From: Promethearchaeota archaeon
Lineage (GTDB): Archaea; Asgardarchaeota; Lokiarchaeia; Sigyniarchaeales; SOKP01
Reading direction: 5' to 3'
Length of the DNA stretch: 64,000 nt
Assembly: GCA_029838195.1 (NCBI GenBank)
Contig: JALGVJ010000012.1
Location: 47,732 to 111,731 of the forward strand
Part shown: piece by piece, positions 61,916 through 64,000 of the stretch
Numbering within the stretch: position 1 is the stretch's first letter
How the letters are laid out: each line of letters begins with the position of its first letter
Notes under the pieces: model-generated
The model's input: only the letters and a program-made list of their open reading frames with translations
The model's database searches: none
What the model was told of the DNA's origin: nothing
Position numbers and translations under genes: made by a program

Positions 61916-62632
61916 ATGGTGAAAAAAGAAAAAAATCTTAAGTATATTGGATTTTATCTTGATGAAAAAACAAAAAACAAATGGGTAACATATTCAAAGA
62001 GTCATGGCTATTCATCACTCTCTAAATTGATTCGAGAGGCTGTAGATTTTTATATAGATTCAAATTTAAAAATTTCTTATATCAAAAACTTTTCAAAAAT
62101 ATCTCAGAAATTAAAGCGTCCTCTCATATCAATTAAGGGTTTTTCTCAATTAATGCTTGAACATAATTCAGAATCATTGAACCTAGAGATTTTAGAAAAA
62201 ATTCGAGAGATCTTTAAGAGTAGTCAATTTCTTGAAAAACAAATTAATAATTTATTCCAAGATGAGACGAGCAAAGAAAAATTTGATATTTTAATTATAG
62301 ATAGCCATTTTGAGTCTGATATAATTTTAACAGAATGGTTTAAAAAGAAAGGGTTTAAAGTAAAATTTGCATTGACAATTGATGATGGATTAAAAATTCT
62401 TGAAAATACAATTCCTAAGGCAATTCTTCTTGATACATTTACTGATCGAGAAGATATTATAACTGTTTATAATAATATTCGTGAAATTGTCTCGGAATCG
62501 TCAAAGATTTATTTAATTTCTTCCCTTAATGAAAAGGAACTTTTAAAAATCGTAAAAAAAACAAATGCTAATGGTTATTTCCTTAAACCATATAATCTCA
62601 ACGATTTTAACAGTTTAAAACTAAGGGACTAG
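61916..62632 (+). CDS. RHH - HisKA-like - response regulator receiver fusion
   Basis: IGFYL..W..SLSKLIREAV; LKRPLISIKGF; ILLD; YFLKPY. Confidence 0.75.
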   Translation: MVKKEKNLKYIGFYLDEKTKNKWVTYSKSHGYSSLSKLIREAVDFYIDSNLKISYIKNFSKISQKLKRPLISIKGFSQLMLEHNSESLNLEILEKIREIFKSSQFLEKQINNLFQDETSKEKFDILIIDSHFESDIILTEWFKKKGFKVKFALTIDDGLKILENTIPKAILLDTFTDREDIITVYNNIREIVSESSKIYLISSLNEKELLKIVKKTNANGYFLKPYNLNDFNSLKLRD

Positions 62633-62654
62633 TTTTAATGATGTTATTTTTATT

Positions 62655-63630
62655 CCACGACCCACAATAAAGAGATACTTGGGCTTTCCATGATCACCAC
62701 GCATTTCTGCGGGGGTCCTTTCGAATATCCCCTCGATTGCTTGCTCTATCGACGTCCGCAGGAATTAGAAAAGCGGTGCCACTCCGAGCGGTACGTGCCG
62801 AAAAATGAACTTGCCGTCAACTCATCCAAGAGTACCATGCCATGAGATTTTCCTGCAAGACCCTGGTCACGGACTCTTATTTAATGACGAATGAGAACGT
62901 GAATCTCTTGACTTCGCTCAACTATTCCTACGTGTCTAAAATAAAACGCAATTGGATGGTCATGTATCAGCGGAAGCGCCGGAAGATGGAAGAGTTGTAC
63001 GAGGATATTGCAGAATCAGAGTTTGAGCGCGCGGGCGGAAGTCACGGATCCCAAGACCAAGGAAAAGCGCCATTATTTGATGGCTCATCGGGATGTACTT
63101 GTTCCCAAAATTGGCTTGTAACGAGTCCTCTTCCTGCGAGAGGTGATGTGAGACACTTCGGGGAAATCTGCCCCGAAATATAAGAAAGGATGGACTGGTT
63201 TAGTTTCCAACATGCTGAATGAACGTCCCAAGGGCATCATCCAAGCCTATTTGAAGCGTTGGACCATCGAAACGAGTTATCGGGACGAGTCCCAAGAGTT
63301 GCACTTGAAAGGGTGCATGTTTAGAAAGATCGAAGGGCAGTATTGCCTTATTACCCCGGTATTTTTAGCGTACCGCCTCCTCACGTGGGCAGCTCGCTTG
63401 GGATTGTTATCGCCGTATCACCCGGATGCGGACACGTTGGACAGGAAATGGGCGGCTTTTCGCCAGTTTCATGAGGAGATCTTTGGCGCCTGGATTACCT
63501 CCTTAAAAGAAGAATGTAGGGCGTGCAAGATCGCTCGAGTTATACACGTTAATCCATAGAGGAAATCCGCATGCTATAGACCCCCTTTTAGGCGAGAAAG
63601 CAAAAATTAATAGGACTTGTCGACATTTAG
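62655..63630 (+). mobile_element. Degenerate IS701/IS4-superfamily element; 5'-truncated, multiply frameshifted transposase
   Basis: Abrupt GC rise; YPL..LY, VTDSY, Y.KRWTIETSYRD (Y-R-E signature) in several frames. Confidence 0.75.
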
Positions 63631-63804
63631 TTTATACGAAAAGTTTTAAAAAAAGAAAGAAAAGATTAAACAATAATATTACAATAAAACAATACCTATT
63701 TAATTAATTACTTAAGTTTTGTATTTTTTTAATGGTTGTTAGTTAGATCTTTTATTTCCTCCTTTTAATGCTTTTCTAATTCATGAAAAAAAGGGACTCG
63801 AACA

Positions 63805-64000
63805 TCAGGCGGATTCGGATATCAACAATAATCGCGTGCTCTGACACGTGAATTGAATGACCTCATGATTTCGGGAATGCTTTTCGCGGAATTGCCGCAA
63901 GAGGTCCTGAATCTTCCGCCCTCTTGAACATTGCTCGTAGACCCGGATGAGAAACCGTTCAAACATGAGATGCCGGTACGCACGCACCTCTTTTCCCTTG
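63805..64000 (-). mobile_element. Probable C-terminal end of a second transposase, running off the window
   Basis: GC-rich stretch, frame open to the window edge, convergent with the first IS. Confidence 0.45.

Noticed and set aside
1-64000. CRISPR array, rRNA, integrase, and the many short antisense ORFs in the track
   Set aside because: No repeat-spacer array, rRNA or recombinase motifs seen; the short ORFs overlap well-supported genes

Overview
AT-rich archaeal chromosomal window, most consistent with an Asgard archaeon of the Lokiarchaeia/Promethearchaeales type. This is inferred from a stand-alone longin-like protein, an RHH-HisKA-like-REC fusion, a stand-alone 7TM protein, H4MPT/F420 genes and archaeal ether-lipid genes. 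It holds about 50 mostly metabolic CDSs: F420 and methanopterin synthesis (mptA, arfC, cofG, cofH, mptD, mptG, DHPS-like), an ether-lipid cluster, feoA-feoA-feoB, an uncharacterised glycyl-radical enzyme and its activase, glycosidases, Hsp20, and two tRNAs with introns at non-canonical positions. Main finding: the two 'split' AIR-synthase-related ORFs (52209-52706 and 52776-53630) look like one gene interrupted by a 30-nt, stop-containing bulge-helix-bulge (BHB) intron at 52693-52722. Cutting by the standard archaeal endonuclease rule restores a 463-aa frame (...GFHVTRAALRD...), making this a candidate tRNA-type intron in an Asgard mRNA. Other points: an SD-occluding hairpin (candidate RNA thermometer) in the hsp20 leader; an integrase-less TIGR04255 cassette flanked by 105-bp repeats of an MFS gene 3' end; a candidate deaminase coupled to arfC-cofGH; a secreted protein ending in an (AFxR)n repeat; and several damaged genes (mutY-like, GNAT toxin, IS transposases). 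All calls come from reading motifs by eye; no searches were run.
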